Assembly: GCF_006345805.1 (NCBI RefSeq)
Contig: NC_043012.1
Span: 54,436,001-54,500,000, forward strand
Reading direction: 5' to 3'
Source of the DNA: Octopus sinensis
Lineage: Eukaryota
DNA: 64,000 nucleotides
The translations under genes and the position numbers were made by a program. Numbering within the stretch: position 1 is the first letter of the stretch; every line of letters begins with the position of its first letter. This document shows positions 1 through 12,799 of this stretch, piece by piece. The notes beneath the pieces are model-generated. The model made no database searches. It worked only from the letters and a program-made list of their open reading frames with translations, and was not told the DNA's origin.

Positions 1-300
1 TCTAACGATTTCTCATGAGTACAGTGGTTATTTTTATTGCTTGATTCCGTAGTACAGCTTTCCTCCTTTGAATCCGGTGTACAGCTTTCCTCCTTTGAAT
101 CCGGTGTGATGTCCACTCGCTCACAAACGGTGGACTGACCATTGTCCACAGACAAAGAACCGCTACGAGAATTTAACCTGATCGTTTTCCTATCAAAATT
201 TATGCATGAAACTGGTGGCTTCACTTGTGTCGTTGACTCAGTCGATGGATTATATGAAGACATAAAACGTGGCATAGGTTTCTCTTGGACGTCTGCAGAA
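1..300 (-). CDS. C2orf49: ashwin-like protein, coding exon 3 (runs off the window edge)
   Basis: Acceptor ttcgttgcag at 301+. Phase matches exon 2 (AA+T=Asn). Frame is open for all 300 nt: SADVQEKPMPRF...VKPPVSCINFDRKTIRLNSRS...TPDSKEESCTPDSKEESC...HEKSL. Not in the ORF track. Confidence 0.75.
52..107. repeat. 27-bp tandem duplication inside ashwin exon 3
   Basis: gtacagctttcctcctttgaatccggt occurs twice (52-78, 79-105); in frame as TPDSKEESC x2. Confidence 0.9.
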
Positions 301-1158
301 CTGCAACGAATATAAATGTCTCTTTTAGTTATTTATTTCAAATAAAATATTTCCTGCAAACAAGACTCCTTACCTACGTTATGGAACCTATTATGTGCAT
401 GTAAACTAGAAAGTCTCCCATGGCCACTCAACTTGTTAGAAACAGCAGTCAAATCTCCCTCAAGTTCACTTCACAACAACATGGTTTCAGGTTCAATTTC
501 ACTGTGCAGCACCTTGGGCAAGTATCTTCTACTATAATCACAGGCCAACTAATGCCTTGTGAGTGAATTTGGTGGACAGAAAATGTGTGGAAATCCATAA
601 TGTGTGTGTATGTGTTTATGCATAAACATGTGTATATATACATATGTAAAATATGTGTATGCATATGTATATCATAGAGACAATATGGTCGATGCCCATG
701 TCACATAACTAGCACCCGTGCTAGTGACATGTAGAAAGCACTTTTCAAGCATTGGGCCTCAGAGGCAATGACAAATAACTGAGACCTTATACTGTGCTTA
801 AGACGGTGAGCTGACAGAAACATTAGCACACCGGGCGAAATGCTTAACAGAATTCTGTCTGAATTTACGTTCTGAGTTCAAATTCTGACATGGTCGACTT
901 TGCCTTTCATCTTTTTGCGGGGAGTTGATAAATTAAGTATTAGTTGCGTACTGAGGTCAATCTAATCGATTGGCCCCTTCCCCCAAAATTTCAGGCCTTG
1001 TGCCTAAAGTAGGAAAGGTTATACCATGCTTAGAAGACCCATCAAGTCAAGTGAAATTGCAGTCATGGCAGATATTGGTGTCATGCAACTGGCACTCATG
1101 TCGGTGGCACGTAAAAGCACTCATTAAACTCTCAGAGTGATTGGCATTAGGAAGGGCA

Positions 1159-1529
1159 TCTCTCTATATATAAACGGCAAAATGTCTGTCTGTGTGTGTG
1201 TGTGTCCTTTATACAAATCCACAGTCTTTCAGTTAAGGGCTCGCACTTTTTATGGTCATTCAAAACCATCCGAGGGTGGTCGTGCATATCTTTACATTTC
1301 TCCAGTCACTCCGCAAAGCCATTAAAAAATCAATAGAAGTGACTTTTTCGTGAATTTTCTATCCAAAACCCAATCAAAATGCCCGAAACTTGATACGCCA
1401 ATTGAATGCCAGCTAGCTGTATGTGATTGGTCAGAGATTTGGACAGTACTCGCATATATGTGCACATGCACGCAGCTGTATATGCATGCACTAGCACTAT
1501 GACCCGGCGTTGCCAGGTCATAGTGCTAG
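1159..1529 (+). mobile_element. non-autonomous Helitron (family H1)
   Basis: 5' TC, 3' CTAG, terminal palindrome, inserted between A and T with no TSD. The flanks rejoin to the common repeat ggaagggcA|Tccagct. Confidence 0.85.
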
Positions 1530-2952
1530 TCCAGCTATAGAAACCATGTCAAATCAAACTGGAGTCTGGTGTAGCCCCACAGCTTACCAGCCCTGCTTAA
1601 ACCGTCTGACCTATGCCAGCATGGACAACATGGATGCAAAATCTAAATGAGGAAGCTGATGATTTATGTGTGTGTGTGTGATCATCATTTAACGCCTGCT
1701 TTCCATACTGGCATGGGTTGGACGGTTTGACTGTGGACTAGCAAGCCAGGCTCCAATCTGACCTGGCAAGGTGTCTACAGCTGGATGCCCTTCTTAACGC
1801 CAACCACTCCAAGAATGTGGTGGGTGCTTTTTACATGCCACCTCCACAGGGACCAGTCAGGCAGCACTGGCATAGACTATGCTCAAATGGTGCTTTTTAT
1901 GTGCTACCAGGGCGGGAGCCAATCAAGTGGCACTAACATCAGGCACACTCAAATGGTGCTTTTTATATGCCACCAGCACCAGGTTCCAATCTGATTTGGC
2001 AAGGTTTCTATGGTTGGATGCCCTTGCTAGAGCCAACCACTCCAAGAGTGTAGTAGTTGCTTTTTATGTTCCACTGGCACGATTGCCATTGATTTGACAC
2101 CGATATTGGCCACAACTACAGTCTAACTTGGTCTGACAGGTCAACACAAGCACGGTATATTGCCAAGGGTCTTGATTACCTGTGACTGCCTCCATGAAAC
2201 CCAACACTCAAATAGAAGACACTCACCTAAGGAGCCATGCTGTGGATTGAACCCAAAATCACATGGCTGGAAAACAAACTGCTTAACCATGCAGCAATGC
2301 CAGCAAGTTTTATCTTTTACTTGATTTAGTTATTTGACTATGGCCATGCTGGGGCACCACCTTAAAAGGTTTAGTCAATCAAATCAACCTTAGTACTTAT
2401 TTGTTTTTTAAACCATGGTACCTATTCTATCAGTCTCTTTTGCCAAGCAGTTAAGTTACAGGGATGTAAACAAACCAACAGTTGCCAAGCAAAGGTGGAG
2501 GACAAACACATACACAAAGATATATACACACCATACACACACACGAAACTGGTTATATGTAATTGAAGAGAGGTTAAGAATTCATACAAATCCAAGATTA
2601 TTGTTAAAAAGTAAAGCTGGAAACAGTACGAAAGTGTGTTTACAGATTTTTTTATATTTTTTACATTGAGTGAGCTTTTATCAAGTGTGTGTGTGTGTGT
2701 GCAAGTCTGTGTTTGTGTTTGTCTATCCATACGGCTTTAAAACCAGTGTTAGCTTGTTTACATCTCAGTAACAAAGCAACTTGACAAAATGCTTTGTAGC
2801 TTTTCTTCAGGGCAGTCATGGCTGGAACACCTTTAGCCAGTCTACTTGACAAAAGCTCAGTGGTTCTCAACTATTTTTTAACCTATGGACCCCTTTGATT
2901 ACTATTTTGCTCAAGTAGACCCCTATAGTTATTTGATGTTTGGATAAAGAAC

Positions 2953-3258
2953 CCCTTCAGTCATCAAAGAACATGGGATTGCACCTAGAAAGTTACCCTC
3001 CAAGATACAAGTCCAGTTAAGGTTGTTTATGAAAGACCAGCAGTCACCCATGCATACCAGCCTCTCCTCACTGATGTTATCCAAGGGAAAGCCTTGGCAC
3101 CAGTGACGTCGCAACTCATTTCTACAGCTGAGTGGATTGGAGCAACGTGAAATAAAGTGTCTTGCTCAAGAACACAACACACAGCCTGGTCCAGGAATCA
3201 AACTCACTACCTCATGATTGTGAGCTCAACGCTCTAACCACTGAGCCATGCACCTTCG
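2953..3258 (-). mobile_element. tRNA-derived SINE (family E)
   Basis: Minus-strand head gaaggtgcatggctcagtggttagagcg...gagtttgattcc with A/B-box-like motifs. Related copy at 36432-36702. Confidence 0.65.
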
Positions 3259-3422
3259 CATATTTGATGTTTAAAAACCAGTTTTAGTGATAGTTCTTTC
3301 AAAATTCAAAATTCCTATTTTGTTTATCATGCACTCACTTGTGCAGGCTGAACTATATGAAACATAAATTTATACTCAGACTAAGCCCTAACAGCTGAAT
3401 GCTGGAGTCACTACTTATATAC

Positions 3423-3456
<34 letters not shown>

Positions 3457-3628
3457 CGCCATGATAGATCGTTAGCCACTACACACATTATTTTCTCTCC
3501 TTGTTTTTTTTTGTGTCCCTTTCTGTAGAAGAGTGTAGGCTCGAAACGTAAAAGACTTTTTCTATTCTAATCCTGTTTGTTTTGTACACCACCTGTCTTC
3601 GTCTTTTGTTTTTGTTTCTGTAAACTCT

Positions 3629-3631
<3 letters not shown>
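3457..3631 (+). mobile_element. short (TA)n-embedded element with a degenerate hammerhead-like motif (Penelope/retrozyme-like)
   Basis: Bounded by (TA)n on both sides; CTGTAGA-A-GAGT-gtag-GCTC-GAAA-CG-TA at 3523-3550. Confidence 0.5.
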
Positions 3632-3670
<39 letters not shown>

Positions 3671-3817
3671 TTGCAAGTGTGTATGTCTTTGTGTTTGTAT
3701 CTGCCCCAATATCTGCCAATTGGCAAACGAAACTCACAGAATGAGAACCAAAGTCCCAGAGACTTAAGATTAAACATGCATGATGATTTAAGAATGAGAA
3801 TATGAAAAGTAACTCAC

Positions 3818-4002
3818 TTTTTAGAAACTTCATTTGCAGTAGATTTTGACCTCTTTGCTAACAGAATCTGTTTGTTGGTCATCAAAACACCTCGGCAATT
3901 GGAACGGTACTTTCTCTGAGGCAGAGGAAGTAAGCATCTGTTGTAAATGTCTATCAGTTCATCTTTGTCGAGAGTGTCAAGATTTGGTAAATCAATACAG
4001 TG
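3818..4002 (-). CDS. C2orf49: ashwin-like protein, coding exon 2
   Basis: ctcttcccag acceptor and gtgagt donor; 185 nt. Encodes HCIDLPNLDTLDKDELIDIYNRCLLPLPQRKYRSNCRGVLMTNKQILLAKRSK, which resembles the ashwin motif recalled from human ([24 protein letters not shown]). Confidence 0.8.
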
Positions 4003-4239
4003 CTGGGAAGAGATAAATAGAAATTTTTAAAATCATAACTCAAGTTATTTTGGTGACATCAGCATAGATGTAGTGGAACACGGGTAACTGGATACTGTTA
4101 GTGTAGGGATGGAATCACTAGTAACTGAGTAATGCTAATGTAGAGTAGGAGAATAAAATAACTGGTTGGCATTACAGTAGGGGTACTCTTAGTGTAGATC
4201 CAAGTTAACACCAAAAAAAAAAAAAACCTTTAGACCTAA

Positions 4240-4695
4240 CCCTTTAGTATTCGGATTTTTCTATCAAATGTAATGCTTAATTATTCACATTGCTATGAAT
4301 TAATCATGCATCATCTTGTAGCTTTGAGATTTTGATGATGTGTTCATTTATTTTTTAAAAAGACATTGTACGGTAGGTGTGAGACGCCAGATCTGACCAG
4401 TTTTAACATGAAACAGGTAGAATAGTTTGGCCAGGTATGGCCGGTTTGAATGTTAAAGGGTTGAACTTAAAACTTAAGCCTTTAGCATTTAAACTGACCG
4501 TATCTGGCCCAAATAGTCTTCCTGTTTTATATTCAAACTGGCCATGTTCAACATCTCTCACCTACCCTGCAATGTCATTCTAAAAATAAACAATCACATC
4601 TTTGAAATCTCTAAGCTACAAGATAATACGCGATTAATTTTTTTAAATGTGAATAAGTTTTATATATTTGATAGAGTTATCTGAATCTTAAAGGG
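4240..4695. mobile_element. two adjacent, inverted piggyBac-like MITEs (4240-4460, 4478-4695)
   Basis: CCCTTTAG...TAAAGGG termini next to TTAA-like sites. Related copies or fragments at about 5725-5938, 33170-33258 and 61345-62525. Confidence 0.6.
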
Positions 4696-6181
4696 TTACG
4701 GGTTTGTAGTCCAGTAGCATACTCACTTAGCCAATTCTCAAGAATCCTATAAACATGAGCTCTGCAGACTGTCTTCCTCTAGAAATGATATATAAACACA
4801 ATGCTTGTGCCCTATGAGACCCACAACAATCAACATCAGTGTAAAAATCACACAATAAATAATCCATATGAGATAATTGGATCTATTGGGAGTTTTTCAA
4901 AGTTAGCATATCTTGCGAACATTGTAGATTAATCATCTGCAAAAACATCACATTTGATGAACTAGTTTTGCCAGCCAACTGTTTCTAAATTAAGTGAGAA
5001 ACAGTAATTCCACTGGTATGGTCATGTGAATTATGTGAATAATTCAAAGCTGCAATGCAAGAATGGTCACTTGTCTTTGGTGTGTTGAAATAGACCAGAC
5101 TGAAAATTATCAAAAATGATGTGTATAGTCTAGATTAAGTATAGCCTTTGGGGAAGCAGTGTTATTGTAGGGCCAATGGCTTGGATACCTACCAAACACC
5201 TGTAAAAAAAAACTGCTCCTTCCAATACTACCAAAACCCCAAATATCTTCTCTCTTCTGTTCAACATATTTCCATATAGAAGGGCCAAAAAATATAAACA
5301 CTTTCCACTACAATCAAGTTGCCTGGATTATCAATGCCACCATTTTTTGTGTTGTGACCAAGTATACACTTACAAAAGGGAACCAGTTTACATTTTGAAC
5401 CTAATCTTGCAGGTCAGTCAGAATATTCCCTGGTAAAAGCATATAACCAAACAAAGACTATATAGCAGTCTTCTTGCAATCACTGCTGCCATTAGAGATT
5501 CATGTATTTTACAGGATATTGCAGAAGACCTTAGCAAGAACTAAATAGTGATACACTCTACAGACAGATACCCTAACTAATCATTTGTCCACCAAAAAAA
5601 ACCTTTACCTACAGCTCTGAACAGACAGGAGATGTTGACAGATCACAGTACGTTGTATGAACAAGTCAGGCACACCCAAGCCAGATGGTGGCTTAAAGAG
5701 AACAAAATGAGATTCTTTATCAACCGTTTAGCATTCAGAGTTCTTCGTCAGATGTAATATTCATTTATTTACAGTGATTCAAATTAATCACACAATATCT
5801 CATAGCTTTGAAAATTTGATGATGTGTTTTCAGAATTACATTGTATGGTAGGTATAAGAGGTTAGATCTAGCTGGTTTGAACATAAGATGTGTAGAATAT
5901 TTTGTCAGATCTGGCCAGTTTAAATGCTAAAGGGTTAAAGGTACTGAAAAAATTAATAGATTTCCAGACAAAATGCCTTGTGGTATTGCATGTCCCTGCA
6001 CATTCTAAGCACAAATCCTATTTCAATTGATTGAGCCTTTCATCCATCTTGGGTCAATAAATATCGGGATTGGTCTAATCACTAGACCAGTGCTCCAGAA
6101 CTGATAAGCTGTGGCATACTGGTGTGATGCCAGATGTGGTGCAGGGTAACCTGAATACAATTTTTTCCCCTATAGGCACAG

Positions 6182-6860
6182 GAGTGGCTGTGTGGTAAGA
6201 AGCTTGCTTCCCAACCACATGATTCCAATAATTCAGTTCTACTGCATAACACCTTGGACAAGTGTCTTGTCTATAGCCTCGGGCCAACCAAAGCCTTGGA
6301 AGAGGATTTGGTAGATGGAAACTGAAAGAAGCCCATCATGTGTATATATATATATATATGTATGTATGTATATATATATATTTGTATGTATCTTTGTCTG
6401 TATATATATATATATGTATGTATGTATCTTTGTCACCCCACCCACATCACTATTTGACAACCAGTGTTGGTGTGTTTACGTCCCTGTAACTTAGCAGTTC
6501 AGCAAGAGTGATAGAATAAGTACCAGGCGGTGAGCTGGCAGAAAAGTTAGCATACCGGGCGCAATGCTTAGTATTATTTTGTCTGCCGTTACGTTCTGAG
6601 TTCAAATTCCATCGAGGTCGACTTTGCCTTTCATCCTTTCAGGGTTGATAAATTAAGTACCAGTTACGCACTGGTGTCGATGTAATCGACTTAATCCATT
6701 TGTCCCCTCTATGTTTAGCCCTTTGTGGGCAATAAAGAAATAAGAATAAGTACCAGGCTTAAGAAATAAGTACTGGGCGGTCGATTCATTTGACTAAAAC
6801 TTCAAGGCAGTGCTCAAACATGGTCGCAGTCTAATGACTGAAACAAGTAAAAGATAAAAA
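6182..6860 (+). mobile_element. CORE-like tRNA SINE (family B) interrupted by a family A SINE (6529-6742)
   Basis: Direct repeat agaataagtaccaggc at 6513-6528 and 6743-6758 flanks the inner SINE. Confidence 0.8.
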
Positions 6861-8409
6861 ATACTTTTAGTTGTATTTTTAATCCAGGTGTGCTGCTGAA
6901 TTTTGAAAAAAATATAAGTGTACCACCACAAGTGAAAAACGGTTGTAAAGCACTGCACTAAACTCTTCATAGGAAATGTATGACTTTGTGACAGTGTTAG
7001 AAATTAAAACAGAGAATAAGCAAGAGTCTTAAGCTCTTACTGAGCTGAACTTTTGATGAGGTTTTGGTTCCCAGCTGGGTGGATAGTTACACTTACATCC
7101 TTAATAATCACTGGAAAAACATAACTGCCACAACTTCACATTCCTCTCTCATCATAGTAACCAATGAAAGTAAAGCTTAGTGGTTATGTTATTTGCAAAT
7201 CCCAACTGCAAACAAAAAAGACCTCCAAAAGGTATGAACATCACAACTTCTCATTTCTCACCAGTATTTCACTTTTCCTATAACTGTGAGGCTTCGTAAA
7301 AATGATATCTTCTCATTAAGGCAAACAAAACTTGATTATCAGCAGCTATCAAAACTTGGCTCAACTGTACAATACTGGACAAAGTAATTCTACCTAATTT
7401 TGGCACAAAGCCAGAAATATTGAGGGGAGGGGCCAAGATGATGACATCAACCCAGTTTTTGGCTTTTTTATTTTATCAATCCTGAAATGATGGAAAGCAA
7501 AGCTGACTTCAGCAGACTTTGAACTCAGAATGTAAAGAGCAGAAGAAAAACTACAAAGCATTTTGCTGGATATATAATGATTCTGCCAGCTTGTCGTTTT
7601 AAGCTGAACAAAATTATCTAAGTAATGCATATTCAATGATTCATCCATACCATTCCTGGAGCTGTACAATTTGAAAATGAAATTTAAGGAAATAATTCTA
7701 GGAGTATCCACCGGTGGGATGTGAATAGAACAATGTAATAGCTAAGTGAATAACACTTGCTGGTGAACAGAAGAAACTGTGAACTGTGTCAAGAAGATAT
7801 GTCATACTGTGGATACCTTTGAGTAATCTAAATGACATGAAGAAGAGAAATTTTCACAAGCATATGAGAGAAAAGTCTGTATGTGAATGAACTGTATTGT
7901 CAAAATCTAAGCTGGCCTCCTTTATAAAGCGACTTCTAACTGTCATCATCATTATCTAATATCCATTTTCTATCTTTACATTGGTCAGACAGAATTAGTT
8001 AAGGCATTTTTTTTTCCTACAGACTGATTCCTCTTCCTGTTTTCTCATAGCTAGACATATTTTTCACGGAAGAGTGAAAATGAAAAACCCCGCTTATATA
8101 AAGGTGATGCTCATTTACAAACGTACTATTGCTTGATTCAATACAGTAAGTTTTTGGTATAGGCAAATCCTGCATGTAATTCTCAAAAGAATCTAGTGAA
8201 GACAATACCACATCAGATCAAATAATTACTACCCTCGTTTAATATTTATTTCTTTGACATAAAATGATTGCACCTCATTTATATACATAAAACAAAAAAA
8301 TTTTTAATATATTGAATTGAATTGTTATTTTCGTTTTTGTCTTGTCCTTTTTTTAGTTTAGTTTAGGGTTGTGCTATGAAGGATTACCTTCCAAACAGTG
8401 TTCTTTTAT

Positions 8410-8762
8410 TCTTTTGGTTCAGTAATTAGACTACGGTCATGCTGGAGCACCGTTTTATAGAGTTTTTTTTAGTCAAAGAAATTGACCCCAGGACTTATTC
8501 TTTCATACTCTTTTGCCGAACCGCTAAGTTACAGGAACATAAACACACCGGCACCGGTTGTCAAGTGATGGTGGGAGGACAAACACACACACACACACAT
8601 ATATATATATAAATATATACGACGGGCTTCTTTCAGTTTCCATCTACTAAATCTTTGGCTATAGTAGAAGACATTTGCCCAAGGTTCCAAGCAGTGGGAG
8701 TGAACCTGGAAGCATGTGGTTGCGACGCAAGTTTCTTACCACACAGCCACGCCTGCGCCTAA
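8410..8762 (-). mobile_element. family B SINE
   Basis: Head ggcgtggctgtgtggtaag...ccttgggcaa, central (CA)/(TA) tract, shared 3' tail. Confidence 0.75.
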
Positions 8763-10045
8763 GTATGTGAACATCGCCATTTCGCGTGTATAAACATGTT
8801 TTGTTTGCATTTGAAAAATATGTATTTCGCTTGTAGTTTCAAGAGACACCGTTTGAACAAGCGCCAAACTTTAAAAATAAGTACTGGGTTCGCTTTGTTT
8901 GAATAAACCGTTCAAGGCAGTGCCCCAGCACGGCCGCAGTTCTATGAATAAACCAAGTAAAAGATAATTACATTTTAACCGTTAAAAACTGAAACAACAT
9001 TTTAAATTTTCATTATTGCATATAGATAAATCACTTTCGTTATCGTGTTCAAATATTCTGTAGTACAGACTAAAACCGTTCATTTAGAATCTAAATAATA
9101 CAAGTTATAAAATAAAGGCGATCTTTCGTTTTTAAATACATTATTCTCTTATTCTTCAGCCCTGAGGCTGCGGCCATGCTAAAGCACCGCCAGTGATATA
9201 ATACACGAACTAAAGAGGGGACTTCTCTACCAAGAGGAGAAAACACCTGATGTAAAAGCCCCCGCGAAATTTCGCCCGCATTCAAATTTGAAACTCTTCG
9301 CTGATGACTTTTAAAGTCCATTTTAAAAAGTGATGGGCCTGCAGATTGAAGCAGTAATTTAATATAAGCTGTACACTCATGAATTTGTAAAATTAAAAAT
9401 TCGTTTAGATGTTCTTTACATCCTTACATTTCCCCCTTTGTTTTTTACTTACCTTTGCTCTATTAAAAATAGCAACCAAATATCCCTAAAATAATATCTT
9501 CCTGTCATTTTTATTCAAACAACGAAAAACGTGGCATTTGATACAGAGAATGATAAAAAAAAACTGATGCGGTCACGGTTGGGTTGCTTTGAAGTTTGCT
9601 TCATAAAAATCTGACATAGGCTAAATCAAATAAATCTATAGAAAAGCCAAACCTGTTTAGATACCTTTATATTGTTTACAATATAATCTATAATTCACAG
9701 AATCATAGCAGTTCGTGATGAAGGGTTAAAATGGAAATAAAAACACAAGAAATGTCTAACCGTGTTAGGAATCATTAATTAATGTGGAACGACTCAAGCC
9801 GTGTCAGTACAACAGATTAACTAATTAACAGGAAAAGGCAAAAAATGACAATGATTGTTATTTAAGTTTATAATTGACTCATTTAATTAAACGGTCGTGT
9901 TGGATTGAGTCGAGATAGAAAAAGAAAAGAAAACGATGCGGTGTCTCTACACGGACGACAATGCAATGAATTACGTTAGAATTACATATGCATTAACTCA
10001 TTTGAATAGGACTAAATATGCCTTTGTTCACTGACTGTAACTCAC

Positions 10046-10135
10046 CGATTTTATAACCTTTAAAAGTCTTTCCTTAGTAAATAAATTTGGATAATTCCAG
10101 TCAATTTCTGAAGATTGCATCTTGTCCGCTGCCAT
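10046..10135 (-). CDS. C2orf49: ashwin-like protein, coding exon 1
   Basis: AAGATGGCAGC start context; encodes MAADKMQSSEIDWNYPNLFTKERLLKVIKS; gtgagt donor; phase 0 join to exon 2. Resembles the ashwin N-terminal HPELLSxExL motif. Confidence 0.72.
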
Positions 10136-10312
10136 CTTTGAAAAAGAAGTACAGCAGTAAATAAATAAGTTGTTGGTGATTGGTTGTGTTTTTTTAAACA
10201 ATTTGCTCCGTGTCCTTCACATTTTTCACTTCTGTGATAAAATTATCACTAAGGGACGTAATAACAGCTAATTGGGCAACTTTTCATTATTTTAGGCAAC
10301 AAGCACTTGTTA

Positions 10313-10790
10313 GCTGGCAGAAAGGTTATCACGCCAGGCGAAATGCGTAGCCGTATTTCGTCTGTGGTTGCGTTGTGAGTTCAAATTCCGCTGAGGTCGA
10401 CTTTGCCTTTCATCCCTTCGAGGTCGATAAATAAAGTACCAGTTACGCACTGGGGTCGATGTAATCGACTTACTCCCTTTGTCTGTCCTTGTTTGTCCCC
10501 TCTATGTTTAGCCCCTTGTGGGCAATAAAGAAATATATATATATATGTATGTACCTGATGGGCAACAAGCACTTGTTAATATATATACCTGATGGGTCAC
10601 ATAAGGCGGCGAACTGGCAGAACCGTTAGCACGCCGTTACGTTCTGAGTTCAAATTCCACCGAGGTCGACTTTGCCTTTCATCCTTTCGGAGTCGATTAA
10701 TTAAGTACCAGTTACGCACTGAGGTCGATGTAATCAACTTAATCCGTTTGTCTCCTCTGTGTTTAGCTCCTTGTGGGTAGTAAAGAAATA
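10313..10790 (+). mobile_element. two tandem family A SINEs just upstream of the ashwin start codon
   Basis: gctggcagaa...gttcaaattccgc(t)gaggtcgactttgcctttcatcc...aaagaaat occurs twice. The first copy is flanked by the 18-bp direct repeat ggcaacaagcacttgtta. The central block resembles the MetaSINE-type domain (from memory, unverified). Confidence 0.8.
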
Positions 10791-11369
10791 TTCTTTCATT
10801 AACCTTATTACCATATTTCTATTGAAATACACTCTTTGTTAAAAAAAAACTCTTAAAAAAAAAATAATAAAAGATTTAAATAATTTAGTCGTTATTAAGC
10901 TAGGAACAAATTAACATTAAATTTTGATGGAAGGTCTTAATTTATATCAATTTAAAATGGGAAGTTTATGTCACATGTAGATTGATGTCGAAAGGGTTAC
11001 AGAATGCCTACGAAACTCTTCACCCACTACCTCCGAACTTATTGTTTTTCCACAAAAAATTCCGATATAATCGTCATCTACAACAGAAAGATATTTGTAG
11101 AAAATTTCATTTTAAAATATCCATTTTTCAGAAAGTTATGAGGAAACTAAGTTGGAGGGAACCCACATTCTAAAGGACTTATATTGGCGAAGTTTTGCCC
11201 TTATATTTGTGTTTATTCCAAGTCAGCCTTACAAAGTCACATATCTTCCCATGCTATTTGGTCACTAGACCTACTAGAAATAACAGCCAAATTTCCCTCA
11301 AATCATACCCTACTTCTTCCAAAAAGTGCTTTGAAAAAACAAAGACAGAAATATATTTAATAACAATCT

Positions 11370-11761
11370 GGATCTTTTCGGTTTGAACGGCAGTTTTTTT
11401 CTAGCTGTGTCATATGAAATTGTCACCCATAATTATGACCCTAGTATCGATCTATTGCATTTCAATGTGTTAGGGGTGGGGGAAGGGTATCTTTTTTTCT
11501 TCACAAATGTAAATAAACCCAATCTGTTTCTTAAACGAGGGACATATTCATACGACACAGAATGTTTTCACCTCAATAGACGTAATTGATTGGTTGAAAT
11601 TGAAGAAAAAAAAACAAATATCTTACAAACTATAGAATTTTCTCAATAAAGCCCAGAGAAAAAGATGTTTTATAAACACATTCTACCAGTATACGAAGTT
11701 TAAAAGTGTTTAGTTACGTGGAAATTATTTTAAAAAACTGCCGTTCAAACCGAAAAGATCC
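11370..11761 (+). mobile_element. hAT-like MITE (GGATC family)
   Basis: TIR GGATCTTTTCGGTTTGAACGGCAGTTTT and its complement; degenerate 8-bp TSD aacaatct/aacatcct. Confidence 0.8.
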
Positions 11762-12151
11762 AACATCCTAGATACGCTAACTAACTGAACTGATTTCTTT
11801 TATTAGGCACAAGGCCTCTTACACTAACTGCACTAAAACTGGTCATCTCATTAAGAGCTCATCTGGATCTAAACATTAACAGCAGGAGCCAACGAAGGAA
11901 CATTTATAGAATCGTTCAACCTACTAGAAATAGCAGTCAAACTTACTTCCAGTTATAGTCCACCTTTTAATAAAGGGAGGGAAAGTTTGGATAACGGAGT
12001 TTGGGAATAAACAATCATTTTTTCTTTCTCCAACGAAATTTTGAGGGGTCAAATTTCGGAAAATTTGAATATTTGCTTTTTACTTCATTTTTTACTTGCA
12101 TAATTTTGCATACTCATTACGAATTTTGCGTTCGTTATTTGCCGAAATTGA

Positions 12152-12297
12152 TCTATATATATAAAGATGAGTGTGTGTGTGTGTCTGTCTGTCTGTGTGA
12201 ATCCCTAAAACTTGAGAACTACACAACCAATTTCATTCAAATTTTACACTTGCCTTCCTTAGTCATAGGCCAAAAAATTTTTTAACTTCTTGCCTAG
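12152..12297 (+). mobile_element. short non-autonomous Helitron-like element
   Basis: A|TCtatatatataaag...CTAG|T with an internal (GT)/(GTCT) tract. Confidence 0.55.
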
Positions 12298-12610
12298 TTC
12301 AAGCCCAGACCAATATCATATCTCCTCCACTATTTCAGTATTACATGTCAAAAGTGAAACAATAGCATCTCTCTAAGGAGTGTCAATGGAAAAGAGAAGG
12401 AAAGAAAGAAGGAAGAGAGAAAAAAGAAAAAATAGAAAGTGATTTTTGGCTTTTAGAATTGCCATTTCTAAAAGCCAAGAATCACTTTCTATTGAAAGAA
12501 CTGACCAGCTGCAAAGATGTGAACACATTTTTTTCTTCTTTCTTTCCTTCTCTTTTCCATTGACACCTCTTTCAGATACAAAAGCATACACACACACATA
12601 CACACACACA

Positions 12611-12651
<41 letters not shown>

Positions 12652-12799
12652 CCCATTCCTCACCCACCCTCTTGTACTATCTTATATCTTTCTCCACCCC
12701 TACACAATCAATAATACTATAAAAAGCGACAAATCTCCTGAAAAAATTCAATCTGAAGACTTCACTAGAATGGAAGCAAGTGCAAATATATGACTTATA

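Noticed and set aside
5738-5756. Hammerhead-like CTGACGAAGAAC on the minus strand
   Set aside because: No stem II or GAAA. The segment aligns with the degenerate start of the piggyBac-like MITE.
8017-8211. Extra ashwin exon (minus ORF) or plus-strand exon 8051-8144 with good splice signals
   Set aside because: The plus-strand candidate has stops in all three frames. The minus ORF has no recognisable similarity, and exons 1 and 2 already join in phase.
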